From Kiritimatiellia bacterium (GTDB lineage: Bacteria > Verrucomicrobiota > Kiritimatiellia > RFP12 > UBA1067): a stretch of 64,000 nt of DNA. A program made the position numbers and the translations under genes. Below are positions 1-10,122 of this stretch, one piece after another. Numbering within the stretch: the stretch's first letter is position 1; every line of letters starts with the position of its first letter. Location of the stretch: positions 64,622 through 128,621 of the forward strand of contig JAFQYM010000015.1 in NCBI GenBank assembly GCA_017406465.1, in the 5' to 3' direction. A model generated the notes under the pieces. That model was not told the origin of the DNA. It saw nothing but the letters and a program-made list of their open reading frames with translations, and ran no database searches.

Positions 1-2
1 GC

Positions 3-65
3 GGATACTTCATCGAGTTGGACAAGCCGTATCAGGATCAGATCATAAAGAGAGTAGAGCTGTGA
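3..65 (+). CDS. glycyl-radical enzyme, C-terminal fragment (5' end outside window)
   Basis: Frame +3 reads GYFIELDKPYQDQIIKRVEL-stop. This resembles the extreme C-terminus of PFL-family glycyl radical enzymes as I recall it (GY.AYF..L....Q..II.R.E). An activase gene follows. Confidence 0.55.
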   Translation, partial: GYFIELDKPYQDQIIKRVEL

Positions 66-71
66 TTTATA

Positions 72-131
72 GCCTCGCGCCGAGGCGCAGAGACGCAGAG
101 ACTTTCCTCTGTGACTTTGTATCTCTGTGTG
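72..131 (+). repeat. intercistronic composite hairpin (gcagagac x2 followed by partial complements)
   Basis: gcctcg-cgc-cgaggc hairpin, then gcagagacgcagagac followed by ctctgtgac and tctctgtg. Same design as the GTAGAAC hairpins: a unit array followed by an array of its complement. Confidence 0.5.
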
Positions 132-151
132 AAATAAGAATTCGATGGCTA

Positions 152-835
152 ATGATTGGTAGAATATTCGAGATACGCGAGTTTACGCTCCATGACGGGC
201 CTGGCGTGAGGACGACAGTGTTCTTCAAGGGGTGCCCCTTGCGCTGTGCATGGTGCCACAATCCCGAAGGGCAGTCCGCTGAGATTGAGACTATGGTCAG
301 GAAGGGTGGCGAAAAGGTCGTTTGCGGTCGAGACATAAGTGCCACGGAGCTCGCGGACGAGCTTGCGACAAACGCCGACATAATGAACGAGTCGGGCGGC
401 GGCGTCACTTTCTCGGGCGGCGAGCCGCTTGCTCAGGCGCAGTTCCTTCTTGAGGTAATCCCGCTTTTGAAGGCGAGGGGCATCAGGCTTGCGATCGAGA
501 CAAGTGGCTACGCGCCAGCGTCGGAGTATCGTGCCGTCGTGTCGCAACTCGACTTTGTATACCAGGATGTTAAGCTTTTGGATGCTGAGGCGTTCAAACG
601 CTGGACTGGCGGCGATCTTTCGGTCGTACAGGAAAACATCTCCTGGCTTCGCAAGAGCGGGGTGCCGTATTCGTTTCGCGTTCCCCTGATCCCTGGCGTG
701 AACGACGATGCCACGAGTCGCGGCGCATTTGCCGCGTTCGCAGCCGGTAGCAAGATTGAATACTTGCCGTACAACACGGCGGCGGGATCGAAGTATCCAA
801 TGCTGGGGCGCGTGTATTCACTGGAGGGAATCTGA
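152..835 (+). CDS. glycyl-radical enzyme activating protein (radical SAM)
   Basis: MIGRIFEIREFTLHDGPGVRTTVFFKGCPLRCAWCHNPE carries the CxxxCxxC radical-SAM cluster motif and the typical activase N-terminus. Start chosen at the family-typical MIGRIF rather than the GTG at 62. Confidence 0.85.
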   Translation: MIGRIFEIREFTLHDGPGVRTTVFFKGCPLRCAWCHNPEGQSAEIETMVRKGGEKVVCGRDISATELADELATNADIMNESGGGVTFSGGEPLAQAQFLLEVIPLLKARGIRLAIETSGYAPASEYRAVVSQLDFVYQDVKLLDAEAFKRWTGGDLSVVQENISWLRKSGVPYSFRVPLIPGVNDDATSRGAFAAFAAGSKIEYLPYNTAAGSKYPMLGRVYSLEGI

Positions 836-848
836 TATAATATTGGCG

Positions 849-1928
849 ATGAAAGAAACTTCGAAATACAGGCAGATATTCGAGGAGCTGAGGAAGGGCG
901 TTCGTGATGGGCTTTACCCTAGTGGCGTGCCATTGCCCTCCGAAGAGGCGCTTGTCAGGAAGTACAAGGTTTCGCGCATAACGGCAGTGCGCGCGATGGA
1001 CGAGCTGGTGAAGTGCGGACTCGTCTACCGCAAGCGCGGGGCGGGGACGTTTGCCACAAAGACAGCCCAGCGCGAGTCGGGGCGGCTTGGGCTCATAATG
1101 CCGAGTCTTGCCGTGGGCGAGGTGTTCCCGGTTATGTGTCAGGCGTTGATGCGTTGCGCCCAGAAAGACGGCTATTCCCTCGTGCTTGGCGACATTTCCG
1201 CGTCTACCCCCTCGAAGCGAGCAATTGAGGCGGGCAAGGTCGCGCGCTCTTTCGTTAAGCAGCGCGTCGCCGGTGTCGTCCTCCAGCCGCTCGCGTTTCT
1301 CCGCGCGCCCGAACGCGTGACCCGCGAGATTCTTACGCTTTTCGACAATGCAGAGATTCCGGTCGTGCTGATCGACCGCAACATAAGTCTTGGGCAGGAC
1401 CCGGTACTCCATGACTTCGTGGGGATCGACAATTTCTCTGCCGGGCGAGCGCTCGGCGAACACATGATGAAACAGGGCGCGAAGCGAGTGCGCTTTCTGA
1501 TGCGCCCCAACTGCGCGACCGTGATCCGCGACAGACTTGAAGGCGCGGCAAGCGCACTTGGCCTTGGCGGCGACAAGGATTTCAAGATCGTGGCTGAACC
1601 CGATGACCTTGTCGCACTAGGTCCGATCTTCAGGAAGAGGACTCGCCCCGACGCCATAATCTGCGAATCTGACTATGTCGCGGCGGTCTTGAGGAACACG
1701 CTTGACAAGCTGGGGCTCTCGGTCCCGAAGGACGTCCGGCTCGCTGGCTTTGACGACATTCGCTGCGCTGTCACCACTTTTCCGCAGCTTACGACGATCC
1801 ACCAGCCATGCGAGGACATCGCCCTCGTCGCCTACCGTGCGCTTAGGGAGCGCATTCTCAATCCGTCGCTCCCTCCGCGGCAGATACTGCTCCCCGCTCC
1901 GCTCGTCGTCCGCGAGTCGACCAACTGA
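849..1928 (+). CDS. GntR-type HTH / LacI-type periplasmic-binding-fold hybrid transcriptional regulator
   Basis: N-terminus YRQIFEELRKGVRDGLYPSGVPLPSEEALVRKYKVSRITAVRAMDELVKCGLVYRKRGAGTF is a GntR wHTH. The C-terminal ~270 aa look like a sugar-binding PBP fold (AraR-like architecture). TATAAT at 836-841 lies 7 nt before the ATG. Confidence 0.8.
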   Translation: MKETSKYRQIFEELRKGVRDGLYPSGVPLPSEEALVRKYKVSRITAVRAMDELVKCGLVYRKRGAGTFATKTAQRESGRLGLIMPSLAVGEVFPVMCQALMRCAQKDGYSLVLGDISASTPSKRAIEAGKVARSFVKQRVAGVVLQPLAFLRAPERVTREILTLFDNAEIPVVLIDRNISLGQDPVLHDFVGIDNFSAGRALGEHMMKQGAKRVRFLMRPNCATVIRDRLEGAASALGLGGDKDFKIVAEPDDLVALGPIFRKRTRPDAIICESDYVAAVLRNTLDKLGLSVPKDVRLAGFDDIRCAVTTFPQLTTIHQPCEDIALVAYRALRERILNPSLPPRQILLPAPLVVRESTN

Positions 1929-1947
1929 ACTTGACAGAGGTAGTCGC

Positions 1948-4155
1948 ATGAAATTCACATTGGCAGTTTGCTCGATGTTTGCATGCTTGGCAGCTTGCGC
2001 AGACACGGAGTTTGCCGTTGGGAGCTGGAAAGTGGCATTTGCCGACGAAACCGCTCTTCTTACTCTTTCGCACAAGGATGGAAACGCTGAACTTTCCGGC
2101 TCTCTGTCGTTTACGGGCCCTGCCGCAGTCACTGGAGCTGGGATTGGCAAGGACGAGTCTGTTGCGAAGTGGCGCATAACTTCCTCTCGTGATGGCTTCC
2201 CAAATCGGCTCGCGCTCGTTGACATGTGTGACAACGTGGATGGCTACGTCACGTTCCAGGCCGATGGCGAGGGCGTTTCGCTGCTCGTCTACCACCGCAC
2301 GGCGTTCGCATACGCGGGGACGCTCGCGTTTCAAGGCGCAGTCCGCTACCGCGACGATGCGTATCCCTGCTCCGTCACGCCGAAGAAGGGCGACCGCGTT
2401 CTGTCCGTAAAGAGCGGTCCGGCCGTCTCGCTGGGCGACGATGCGCTCTTCTCTCCTTCTGCGGACGAAGCGCTTGCGTTCAAGGGGATGAAGTGGAAAG
2501 TGGAAAGTGGAAAGTTTGCGGTGTCGGCGAAACTGCGGATCGACGATGCGACGGCGAACGCGATTTCCGTCAGGATCGTCAAGGACTGGTACAAGTCGCG
2601 CTGGGTGCCGAACTGGCGCGCGCCCGATCGCCGGCGTTCGCCGCATGCGCCCACGGGCTGGCTAAGCTGGAACACCTACTTCGACCAGGCCGGCTCGAAG
2701 GAGAATCTTGATGAAGCCCGTTTTGCCGCGAAGCGGTTCAAGCCGTTTGGGATGGAGATATGGAACATCGAGTCGTGGCAGGACAACTCTCCTCGGCTTC
2801 CCGTGTCGAATTTCCACAACATGGATCTTGAGACTTACAAGGTGCAGTTCCCAGAGGGCATGAAGTGGCTAGCGGATGAAATCAAGAAGCTCGGCTTCAG
2901 GCCGGGGCTCTGGATGGCGCCTTACGGAACAGGCAACGACAAGTTCTACGCCGAGCACAAAGACTGGTTCCTCCACGACAAGGACGGCAAGCCCATCCGT
3001 TCGTGGAACGGAAAGTACACGCTCGACCCGACTGCGCCCGGTGCGCTGGAGCATCTGACTTCGATATTCGACAAGGCCTCGCACGAATGGGGGTATGAAT
3101 TCTTCAAGATCGACGGAATGTCGGGACGCGGCCCCGGCTACTGCGCACACCTCTACGAGAGGCCCGATATCCGCGCAGTCATGCACGACCCGAATTGCCC
3201 CAATCCGTTCGAGCGCACTGTAGCCGCGTACAGGAAGGGCATTGGCGACGACCGTATTTTTCTCGCCTGCCAGGGGCACTTCACCGGTGCGGAGGCGGGA
3301 TATGCCGACGCCAGCCGGACTGGTGCGGACATCGTGCATCCCAACGAGCCGGTGAAGTGGGAGAACATTCTCCTCCAGGCGCGCTGCACGGTGAACCAGT
3401 TCTTCGCCCACGCGAACGTGTTCTGGTCGGACCCGGACTGCATGCTTGTTTCCCAAGCCGCCCTCGCGCGCGAACAGGCGCAGGTCGAGGCGACGGTAGT
3501 TGCGCTTCCGGGGCAGCAGACCTTCGCGGGCGACAAGCTCGCAGAACTTGCCCCGGACCGCGTAAGGCTGATACAGCAGGCGCTGCCTGTGTGCCCGACG
3601 CGCCCCGGGAAGCTCTATCCGATGTTCGGGCACCTCCCGGTCTGGGATCTCCACGTGTCGCGTCCTTTCGGCGACTGGCACGTTGTGGCGCTCTTCAACT
3701 GGAGCGACGAGGAGAAGGAGGTCTCCGTCGCGTGGGATGAGCTTGGCGAAGATCCCGACCGACGCTTCGTGGCGTGGGAGTTCTGGACGGAAACATACTT
3801 TGGCGAGAAGAAGGGCGGTCTTTCCGCGGCGGTTCCGCCGCGTGGTGTGCGGCTCTTTGCGCTCCAGCCGCTTGCGGACCATCCGCAGTTCCTTACGAGT
3901 GACCGTCATGTAACACAGGGAGCCGTTGGGCTTCTTGACCAGAAGTGGAATGGTTCGCGTCTCGTTGCAAAGGTTGCCGCCGTGGGCGGTTTCCCGCAGG
4001 TCGTGCGGTTTGCGTTGCCGAAGGGATGGAAGGTCAAAAGTGCAACGGCGAATGGCGAGGGTGTGAATGTGAAAGAGGAGCACGATGGAAGGGTGGTTGC
4101 CGTGGAGCTTTCAGTTCCTCGCTCCTGCGTTGTAGACCTTTGCCTAGACTTTTAG
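1948..4155 (+). CDS. secreted glycoside hydrolase, alpha-galactosidase-like (GH36/GH27 clan D-like)
   Basis: Signal/lipoprotein-like N-terminus MKFTLAVCSMFACLAACA. TGWLSWNTYF, FFKIDGMSG and WSDPDCML resemble clan GH-D catalytic motifs. Confidence 0.65.
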   Translation: MKFTLAVCSMFACLAACADTEFAVGSWKVAFADETALLTLSHKDGNAELSGSLSFTGPAAVTGAGIGKDESVAKWRITSSRDGFPNRLALVDMCDNVDGYVTFQADGEGVSLLVYHRTAFAYAGTLAFQGAVRYRDDAYPCSVTPKKGDRVLSVKSGPAVSLGDDALFSPSADEALAFKGMKWKVESGKFAVSAKLRIDDATANAISVRIVKDWYKSRWVPNWRAPDRRRSPHAPTGWLSWNTYFDQAGSKENLDEARFAAKRFKPFGMEIWNIESWQDNSPRLPVSNFHNMDLETYKVQFPEGMKWLADEIKKLGFRPGLWMAPYGTGNDKFYAEHKDWFLHDKDGKPIRSWNGKYTLDPTAPGALEHLTSIFDKASHEWGYEFFKIDGMSGRGPGYCAHLYERPDIRAVMHDPNCPNPFERTVAAYRKGIGDDRIFLACQGHFTGAEAGYADASRTGADIVHPNEPVKWENILLQARCTVNQFFAHANVFWSDPDCMLVSQAALAREQAQVEATVVALPGQQTFAGDKLAELAPDRVRLIQQALPVCPTRPGKLYPMFGHLPVWDLHVSRPFGDWHVVALFNWSDEEKEVSVAWDELGEDPDRRFVAWEFWTETYFGEKKGGLSAAVPPRGVRLFALQPLADHPQFLTSDRHVTQGAVGLLDQKWNGSRLVAKVAAVGGFPQVVRFALPKGWKVKSATANGEGVNVKEEHDGRVVAVELSVPRSCVVDLCLDF

Positions 4156-4162
4156 CTACATG

Positions 4163-4921
4163 TCACTCGATTGGTCTCGCTACCTTGTTTCGGGCGATGA
4201 CAGAACTCTTGTGACCATAGACGAGGGCGTTTCCGTCGATGTCGGTGACGATTCCGCCGGCCTCTTCCACGATCAGCGCGCCTGCAGCATAGTCCCACGG
4301 AGAAAGCGATAGTTCAAAGAACAGCTCTGCACGCCCGGCTGCGACGGAACACATGTCGAGCGCAGCGGATCCTGTTCGCCGGATGTCGATTGATTTCCTG
4401 AAATACGAGTAGGCGAGCTTGAAGGAGCGTTCGCTCAGTTCTTCGTTATAGGGGGAGGTTCCGAAGATGACAAGTCCGTTTTCAAGCGGTTCTGACGAGA
4501 CATGGATTCTCTTGCCGTTGCAAAAGGCACCTTGCCCGCGCATTGCGGTGAACATCTCGTCAAGGTAGGGGTTGTATATTGCGCCAAGTTCCGCTATGCC
4601 GTCGACGATGAGCGCAACCGAGATGCTGCTTGCACGGAAATCCTTTATGAAGTTCGTGGTGCCGTCGATCGGGTCGACGATGAAAAACTTTCCTTTTGAC
4701 GAGAACTCCTGGGTCGTGCCTTCCTCGCCGATGAAATGTGCATCGGGCATTATCGACAGAAGCCCGCTCCTCAATCGATCCTGTACTTTCTTGTCGTAGT
4801 CCGTGACGAAATTGGCGTGACCGGCTTTCGAGTCGATCTGCAGCGTTGCTCTGTCGATGTCCTTTATGGATCTGCCGCATTCGCGCATCAGTTCGCATAT
4901 CGCCTCTATGTCGTGTTTCAT
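4163..4921 (-). CDS. suhB: inositol monophosphatase family protein
   Basis: IVDPIDGTTNF and WDYAAG motifs; 252 aa. Confidence 0.85.
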   Translation of the reverse strand: MKHDIEAICELMRECGRSIKDIDRATLQIDSKAGHANFVTDYDKKVQDRLRSGLLSIMPDAHFIGEEGTTQEFSSKGKFFIVDPIDGTTNFIKDFRASSISVALIVDGIAELGAIYNPYLDEMFTAMRGQGAFCNGKRIHVSSEPLENGLVIFGTSPYNEELSERSFKLAYSYFRKSIDIRRTGSAALDMCSVAAGRAELFFELSLSPWDYAAGALIVEEAGGIVTDIDGNALVYGHKSSVIARNKVARPIE

Positions 4922-5103
4922 CTATTTCCCTCGTGCTTGCCAGTTTTGTTTACCGCAATAGAATACCATATATCGCCACTGCTTGCACCGGATGGGACGC
5001 TCCACCCAAGAAAGTTGACATGTCATTTGCGGCATTTTCTGAAAATAAATGATATAATTATCTCGTCAGGTTGGTAAATAAAAGAGTAGCAGAACTATAT
5101 AGA

Positions 5104-6780
5104 ATGAAAGGAATTTGTACGGAAAAGAAAACGATCATAATCGGGGCAATAGCCGGAATCGTGTCGGCTCTCTGCGCGGCAAGTTGTTTCGCAGATATCA
5201 AGGATGGTGTCGCCGTGACGACGCTCCCCTCGCCAGACGAAACGGGGGCATACGTTTTTGGCAACGCTGACTACACCACCACCTTATTTTACGACGAGAC
5301 CCTTGCCGCCGGGCTGGCCTATCCCGTCTGGAACGAAATCAGCGTCCCTCCCGGCGTGACGGTGAAGTTCGTGGGCGGTGTTGCGCTTTCTTCCCTCCCT
5401 GCTGGTTGCACATTCGACTTTTCCGGTTGCACACATTTGCTTGTCACCGACAATTCCGTATTCGATTCAAGTTTCACGGTTCCCGAATTTACGACACTTC
5501 TCTATCTGAGGTGCAACGTGAGCGTGAACGGCTCCGTTGCGTCGTTCTCGACCCCCGCCGGGGATGCTTCCATAGATAGCCCGCTTGTAATCAACGGGAC
5601 GAATACCGTCGGAAAAGAAAGAGGCAATGTCATTTTCAACGGTGCCGTAACCGGGGCGGATACGGGCTACATGGAACTTAACGGATTCGGCCGTCACGTC
5701 ACATTCAAAGGCGCACTTAACTTCGGCGGAACAATCCGCCTCCGAAACTCCCAGCGCAACCAGCGCGTCATCGTAAATTCAGCCGAGGCGGAATCCAGCA
5801 TTGGCACACTTGAAGGAAACGACTGGGGGAATGACAGGACAAGTGAAACCCGCGGCGCTCCGCAGCAACTCATCTACCTTCCAGCTTCACAGACGCCTTG
5901 CACGATGATTGTAGGTCGCTTCAACCAGAACGAGGTCGGCGGGCTCCTTGAACCTGACCAGGCCGGCAATTTCAGATACCGCCGCTGGGGTGTCCTTCTC
6001 TCCACCTGCTCGAACAACACGGTATGCGTCTCTAACATCGTGAGGCATGGCGCCTATCATCTCATGGCTTGCTCCGACGGCGCCTACACCTTCGGCAACG
6101 AACCGGCCTTCGACCAGGGTTTTGGCAATTTTGAAATCGTCCATCTCGGGAAAAATGCCCAAGGCCACGCGGACCGCTCCCCAAAATTCTATCCATCACC
6201 GAATGTGAACCTTAAGTTTACAGGGCGTTTTACTGGGAATTACCCTAGCACCGCGCCATCCTTTGACTACACGGGAGAGTCGAACGTCGTTAACCGTGGC
6301 ACACTCGACATGTCTGGTGCCGAATCCTACGCGCATGAGCATCAGAGGATTCTCATCACCGGGTACAGCCCGTGGAATTTGCCGCGGTCAATCAAAGTCC
6401 ATCCCAATCTTGCCGCGACCACGACCAACATTGTTACGGATACGCGCTGGCTGATGCCGTTCGACTTCGGCGCGGAGACGAACGAAATCGACGTCGCCCG
6501 GTGCGAGACGGACGCGGTGTTGTCGGTTCCAGCGTCGGGGACGGTCGTCGTCTCCAATGCGACGACAACGGCGGGAGTCCGCCCGATTGCTGGACGATAT
6601 CCGGTGATCACCGGCAATTCCGTTGTCAACTTAGACGGAGTTACCGGAGCGGAGGCGTTCGCAAATTGGACAGTTGAGCCCGTCGGCAGATGGGGAGGCC
6701 ATCTCGTGTTGCTTGAGAAGTCCGACACTGGCCTGTGGATGGTGGTGAAGCAGGCCTGGATGACGATTAGGCTTCGTTGA
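5104..6780 (+). CDS. secreted hypothetical protein (beta-rich, repeat-like)
   Basis: Long ORF with N-terminal hydrophobic segment IIIGAIAGIVSALCAASCFA. No recognisable catalytic motif. Start uncertain (TTG 5071 or ATG 5104). Confidence 0.5.
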   Translation: MKGICTEKKTIIIGAIAGIVSALCAASCFADIKDGVAVTTLPSPDETGAYVFGNADYTTTLFYDETLAAGLAYPVWNEISVPPGVTVKFVGGVALSSLPAGCTFDFSGCTHLLVTDNSVFDSSFTVPEFTTLLYLRCNVSVNGSVASFSTPAGDASIDSPLVINGTNTVGKERGNVIFNGAVTGADTGYMELNGFGRHVTFKGALNFGGTIRLRNSQRNQRVIVNSAEAESSIGTLEGNDWGNDRTSETRGAPQQLIYLPASQTPCTMIVGRFNQNEVGGLLEPDQAGNFRYRRWGVLLSTCSNNTVCVSNIVRHGAYHLMACSDGAYTFGNEPAFDQGFGNFEIVHLGKNAQGHADRSPKFYPSPNVNLKFTGRFTGNYPSTAPSFDYTGESNVVNRGTLDMSGAESYAHEHQRILITGYSPWNLPRSIKVHPNLAATTTNIVTDTRWLMPFDFGAETNEIDVARCETDAVLSVPASGTVVVSNATTTAGVRPIAGRYPVITGNSVVNLDGVTGAEAFANWTVEPVGRWGGHLVLLEKSDTGLWMVVKQAWMTIRLR

Positions 6781-6781
6781 A

Positions 6782-9574
6782 ATGTCCGGTTGCCTCAAAG
6801 CTATGCTCTTCTGCGCCCTGACGGGCGCCGCCGCGTTTCTCGTTTATGGCGGACACCCCGTTGCCGTTATCAGGTTCGAGGAGTGGAACGAAGCGAAGGG
6901 ACAGCCCGCCGTGGAAGACTGGCGATGGGGTTTCTCGCAACGCGGGACGAACGGGTTCGCAGTATGCGAACTCTCCGAGTCCGAACGACATGGCGGACGA
7001 GCGAGCCTTCACCTAAAGGACACGGACAATGGCCGCTTCAACCACACGATGTGGTATCAGTTCACCAAGAACGAGGCGAAGGCGATGGAAGGGACGGTCA
7101 TGCGTGCCTCTGCGTGGATCAAGCAGGTCTCCGCGTCCGACCCACCGTCTGTCGGCATCGCGCTGTTTGCCAAGGGTTCTGACGGGAAGTCGGTCTACGT
7201 CCGAAACGGAGTCGGGACGATTGGCGCATCCGATTGGCTCAGCGTGCAAGTCGCGGCGAGGATGCCTGAGCGGGTCGAGTCCGTGCGGCTCGTCTTCAAC
7301 TGCTCGAACGGCTACGGGAATGTGGGCGAGATGTATGTCGACGATGTGGTCGTTTCTGCAGATTCGGCGGACCATCCAAAGCCTACGCCGCGTTCGCCGT
7401 CTGGCGATGTGGGCTGGGATTTTGAATTGCCAGATCCCGGGGACTCTCCCGAGGAGGCTGCCTACAGGGTTGGATGGCGCGAGCAGCCTCCGGCGGAGGA
7501 GGACGGGAGATCGCGCCCCGCGATAAGGAACGGGACGTGGTACGTCGGCGACCGGCCAGAGTTTTACATGGGCGTATGGCTCTACAACTCGGACATGCAG
7601 TGGGGGCCGAAGGCAAATCCGCTGGGCATCGACCACCCCGCGTACACGACGCCGCCCGGCGCGGAGCTGTTCAGGGAGATGGGCTTCAATTCGTCGCAGA
7701 TATCGGCGGCACATTCGCAAATAGGCGCCGTCCTGCGCGGGTTTCCGCTGCCGCGCGGGAAGAAGGCTCATCACAAGGGCTGGCGAGACGTCGACGCAGA
7801 CATTTCGCGCTTCTTCAAAAGGTTCGGCGACATGCCGATGGTGCTCGACTTCGCGTTCGGATACTCTGGAATGTATTCCGAGGAGGCGAAGCGCCTTCTC
7901 GGACAGCGCAAAGCCGGAAGCGTCTGGCACGAATTCATCCCATTCTGTCCGCATGTCCCGGAGGGATGGAAGTACTACCGCGACTATTTCCTCGGAGGTG
8001 CACGCGCGGCGATGAGAAATGGGTGCAACGTGTTCCTCTACGAGCTTTTCAACGAATCGTCGTGGAACGACATGTGTCGCCCGGCGATTCTTGCGTTCGC
8101 GAAGGAGATGGAAGGGCGCTACGCCACGATAGAGGCGGCAAACGGGACGTGGGGAACATGCTTCGCCAGCTTCGGCGACGTTGCATGCCAGACGGATCTC
8201 AAGCAGTATCCTGGCGTGTGGTATGACTGGTGCCGCTTCTCGTCGAGATGCTACTGCAGGTTGCTTCGCAAGGGGATCGAGACGATTCGCTCGGCAGACA
8301 GGCGCCAGAACGTCTATTTCACCGAGCAGGAATCGGGGACGCCTTCCGTACACCGCGGCATAGACTACCGCGATGTCGCCGATGCGCTCGATGTTCTTGC
8401 GATCGAAGGCGGGTGGCGCTACGGCTTCAACACCGACTACAGGGCGAAGAGCGAGATGGAGGCTGTTGTCGCGACCGAAGGCTCCCGCCATTTCTTCAAC
8501 TGCGATTTCTTCCAGGCGCTGGCGAAAGGAATGAAGCCGGTGGTCAATGACGAACACTACTGCGTGCGCTTGGAGAACGGCAAACGCGTTCCTTCCCATC
8601 GCTCCGACTACATCACTTCGTTGTGGCTCGAGGTAATGCACGGCGTTTCGGGCAGTTTCACGTACGTGTGGGACAAGCGCTACTGGGAGGCGAACACCCA
8701 GGAGAAGGCGTACGCAAACGTGGTAAATCCGTCGTACAAGTCATCGTCGCTTCTAAATCCGTTCAATGTGAAGCCGGAAGATCTCTGCGCTTTCGACATG
8801 TTCATGAAAGAACTCGAACCGTTCAAGGAAAAGATTCTGCCGTTTCCGCGGACGAAACCGGCCACCGTGGCCGTGTTCTATTCAAAGGCGACAAGCATAC
8901 AGCGCGATTCGCTTCCGTCGCTCAAGGAGAGACCCGGCGTCTTGGACTGGTACGCGACCCTCCTTCATGCGAACTTTCCGTGCCGTGTGGTGTTCGACGA
9001 GGACGTCTCCAGCCTCGGGCCCGAGGTGCAGGCGCTTGTGTTTCCGGTCGCGACATGCTGCTCTACGAATGTGATTGACGCTGCCCGCAGGTTCCAGGAG
9101 CGCGGCGGGCTGGTGCTTGCGGACGTAGACGCATTTCAGTTCGACGAGTACATGAAGCCGCTGCCGCCGCTTGAGGTGCCCATTGCGCGCGTGGAGAGCG
9201 CGGCAGAGGCCGTTCGGCGTCTTCTCGCGGCGAATGTCAGGCGCTATTGCGTGCTGGTGCCGGTTGACGGTGGCGGACCGATTGCCGCGGCCGACGCGCA
9301 GGTCATCGACAGGGGCGACTTCAAGCTCGTCTGCTGCGCCGCCATGCAGGAGACTTCGGCGCGGAGGGCGCGGCTCAGGCTTTCCGGCCTGTTGCCCGGC
9401 GCACAGGGGTTCCTTGTTGAGGACCCGGTGTCCAAGAGGGCATATCTGAAGGACGGCCAGAAGACATGGACGGACGCCGACCTTGAAGAGGGCGTGCCTA
9501 TTGAACTCCCACCACAGGAGCGGGTTTTGCTTGTGCTGAAAGACGACAAGGAAAGGCCGCTGGCTTCGCATTGA
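6782..9574 (+). CDS. secreted glycoside hydrolase with N-terminal CBM-like domain (clan GH-A, GH42-like)
   Basis: 930 aa with a signal-anchor N-terminus. GNVGEMYVDDVVV is typical of a CBM4/9/22-type beta-sandwich end. FLYELFNESSW is a clan GH-A acid/base NE motif. Confidence 0.6.
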   Translation: MSGCLKAMLFCALTGAAAFLVYGGHPVAVIRFEEWNEAKGQPAVEDWRWGFSQRGTNGFAVCELSESERHGGRASLHLKDTDNGRFNHTMWYQFTKNEAKAMEGTVMRASAWIKQVSASDPPSVGIALFAKGSDGKSVYVRNGVGTIGASDWLSVQVAARMPERVESVRLVFNCSNGYGNVGEMYVDDVVVSADSADHPKPTPRSPSGDVGWDFELPDPGDSPEEAAYRVGWREQPPAEEDGRSRPAIRNGTWYVGDRPEFYMGVWLYNSDMQWGPKANPLGIDHPAYTTPPGAELFREMGFNSSQISAAHSQIGAVLRGFPLPRGKKAHHKGWRDVDADISRFFKRFGDMPMVLDFAFGYSGMYSEEAKRLLGQRKAGSVWHEFIPFCPHVPEGWKYYRDYFLGGARAAMRNGCNVFLYELFNESSWNDMCRPAILAFAKEMEGRYATIEAANGTWGTCFASFGDVACQTDLKQYPGVWYDWCRFSSRCYCRLLRKGIETIRSADRRQNVYFTEQESGTPSVHRGIDYRDVADALDVLAIEGGWRYGFNTDYRAKSEMEAVVATEGSRHFFNCDFFQALAKGMKPVVNDEHYCVRLENGKRVPSHRSDYITSLWLEVMHGVSGSFTYVWDKRYWEANTQEKAYANVVNPSYKSSSLLNPFNVKPEDLCAFDMFMKELEPFKEKILPFPRTKPATVAVFYSKATSIQRDSLPSLKERPGVLDWYATLLHANFPCRVVFDEDVSSLGPEVQALVFPVATCCSTNVIDAARRFQERGGLVLADVDAFQFDEYMKPLPPLEVPIARVESAAEAVRRLLAANVRRYCVLVPVDGGGPIAAADAQVIDRGDFKLVCCAAMQETSARRARLRLSGLLPGAQGFLVEDPVSKRAYLKDGQKTWTDADLEEGVPIELPPQERVLLVLKDDKERPLASH

Positions 9575-9639
9575 ACACGAACAATTAGCCGAAACGGCAG
9601 TTGCCGAGTGGCAGGTCATAATGGTATAATATCAAACCA

Positions 9640-10122
9640 ATGGCCAAAAAGACCAAAGATCCGCGTCCCAGCTGGGACGAGTACTTTATGGAGATCGCGG
9701 AAGTCGTCTCCAGGCGAAGCAATTGCATGCGCAGAAGCGTCGGCGCTGTCGTGATGAAGGACAACCACATCCTCTCCACCGGCTACAACGGCACTCCGCG
9801 CGGCGTCAAGAACTGCTTTGCCGGCGGCTGCCCGCGCTGCGCGGCAACGACGAAGAGCGGCGCGCATCTCGAAGAATGTCTCTGCACACACGCCGAGCAG
9901 AACGCCATCTGCCAGGCCGCCTACTACGGCAACTCCATCGCCGGTGGCACGATCTACATCACGATTTCGCCGTGCCTCACGTGCGCCAAGCTCATCATCA
10001 ACTCGGGGATAAAGGAGGTCGTCTACGGTGGCGACTATGCCTTCATCGACAAGGTCAAGGAGATGTTCAAGGCGGCGGGGGTGAAGCATAGGAAATTTAA
10101 AGTTGAAAAGTTGAAAGGTTGA
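9640..10122 (+). CDS. deoxycytidylate (dCMP) deaminase
   Basis: SWDEYFMEIA, CTHAEQNAI and PCLTCAKLI zinc-binding cytidine/dCMP deaminase motifs. The C-terminal KFKVEKLKG is encoded by the GTTGAAAG repeat array. Confidence 0.9.
   Translation: MAKKTKDPRPSWDEYFMEIAEVVSRRSNCMRRSVGAVVMKDNHILSTGYNGTPRGVKNCFAGGCPRCAATTKSGAHLEECLCTHAEQNAICQAAYYGNSIAGGTIYITISPCLTCAKLIINSGIKEVVYGGDYAFIDKVKEMFKAAGVKHRKFKVEKLKG

Noticed and set aside
62-151. GTG at 62 (GTGA overlap with the GRE stop) as the activase start.
   Set aside because: It would add 30 residues encoded by the intercistronic hairpin region. Activases typically start right at the M.G.IF...HDGPG segment found at 152. Not fully excluded.
2491-2514. 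Heptamer GTGGAAA repeated three times inside the alpha-galactosidase-like CDS (MKWKVESGKF) as a phase-variation tract.
   Set aside because: Only three copies, which is too short for efficient slippage. The reading frame is intact. It is probably a coincidence or a relic related to the GTTGAAAG repeats.
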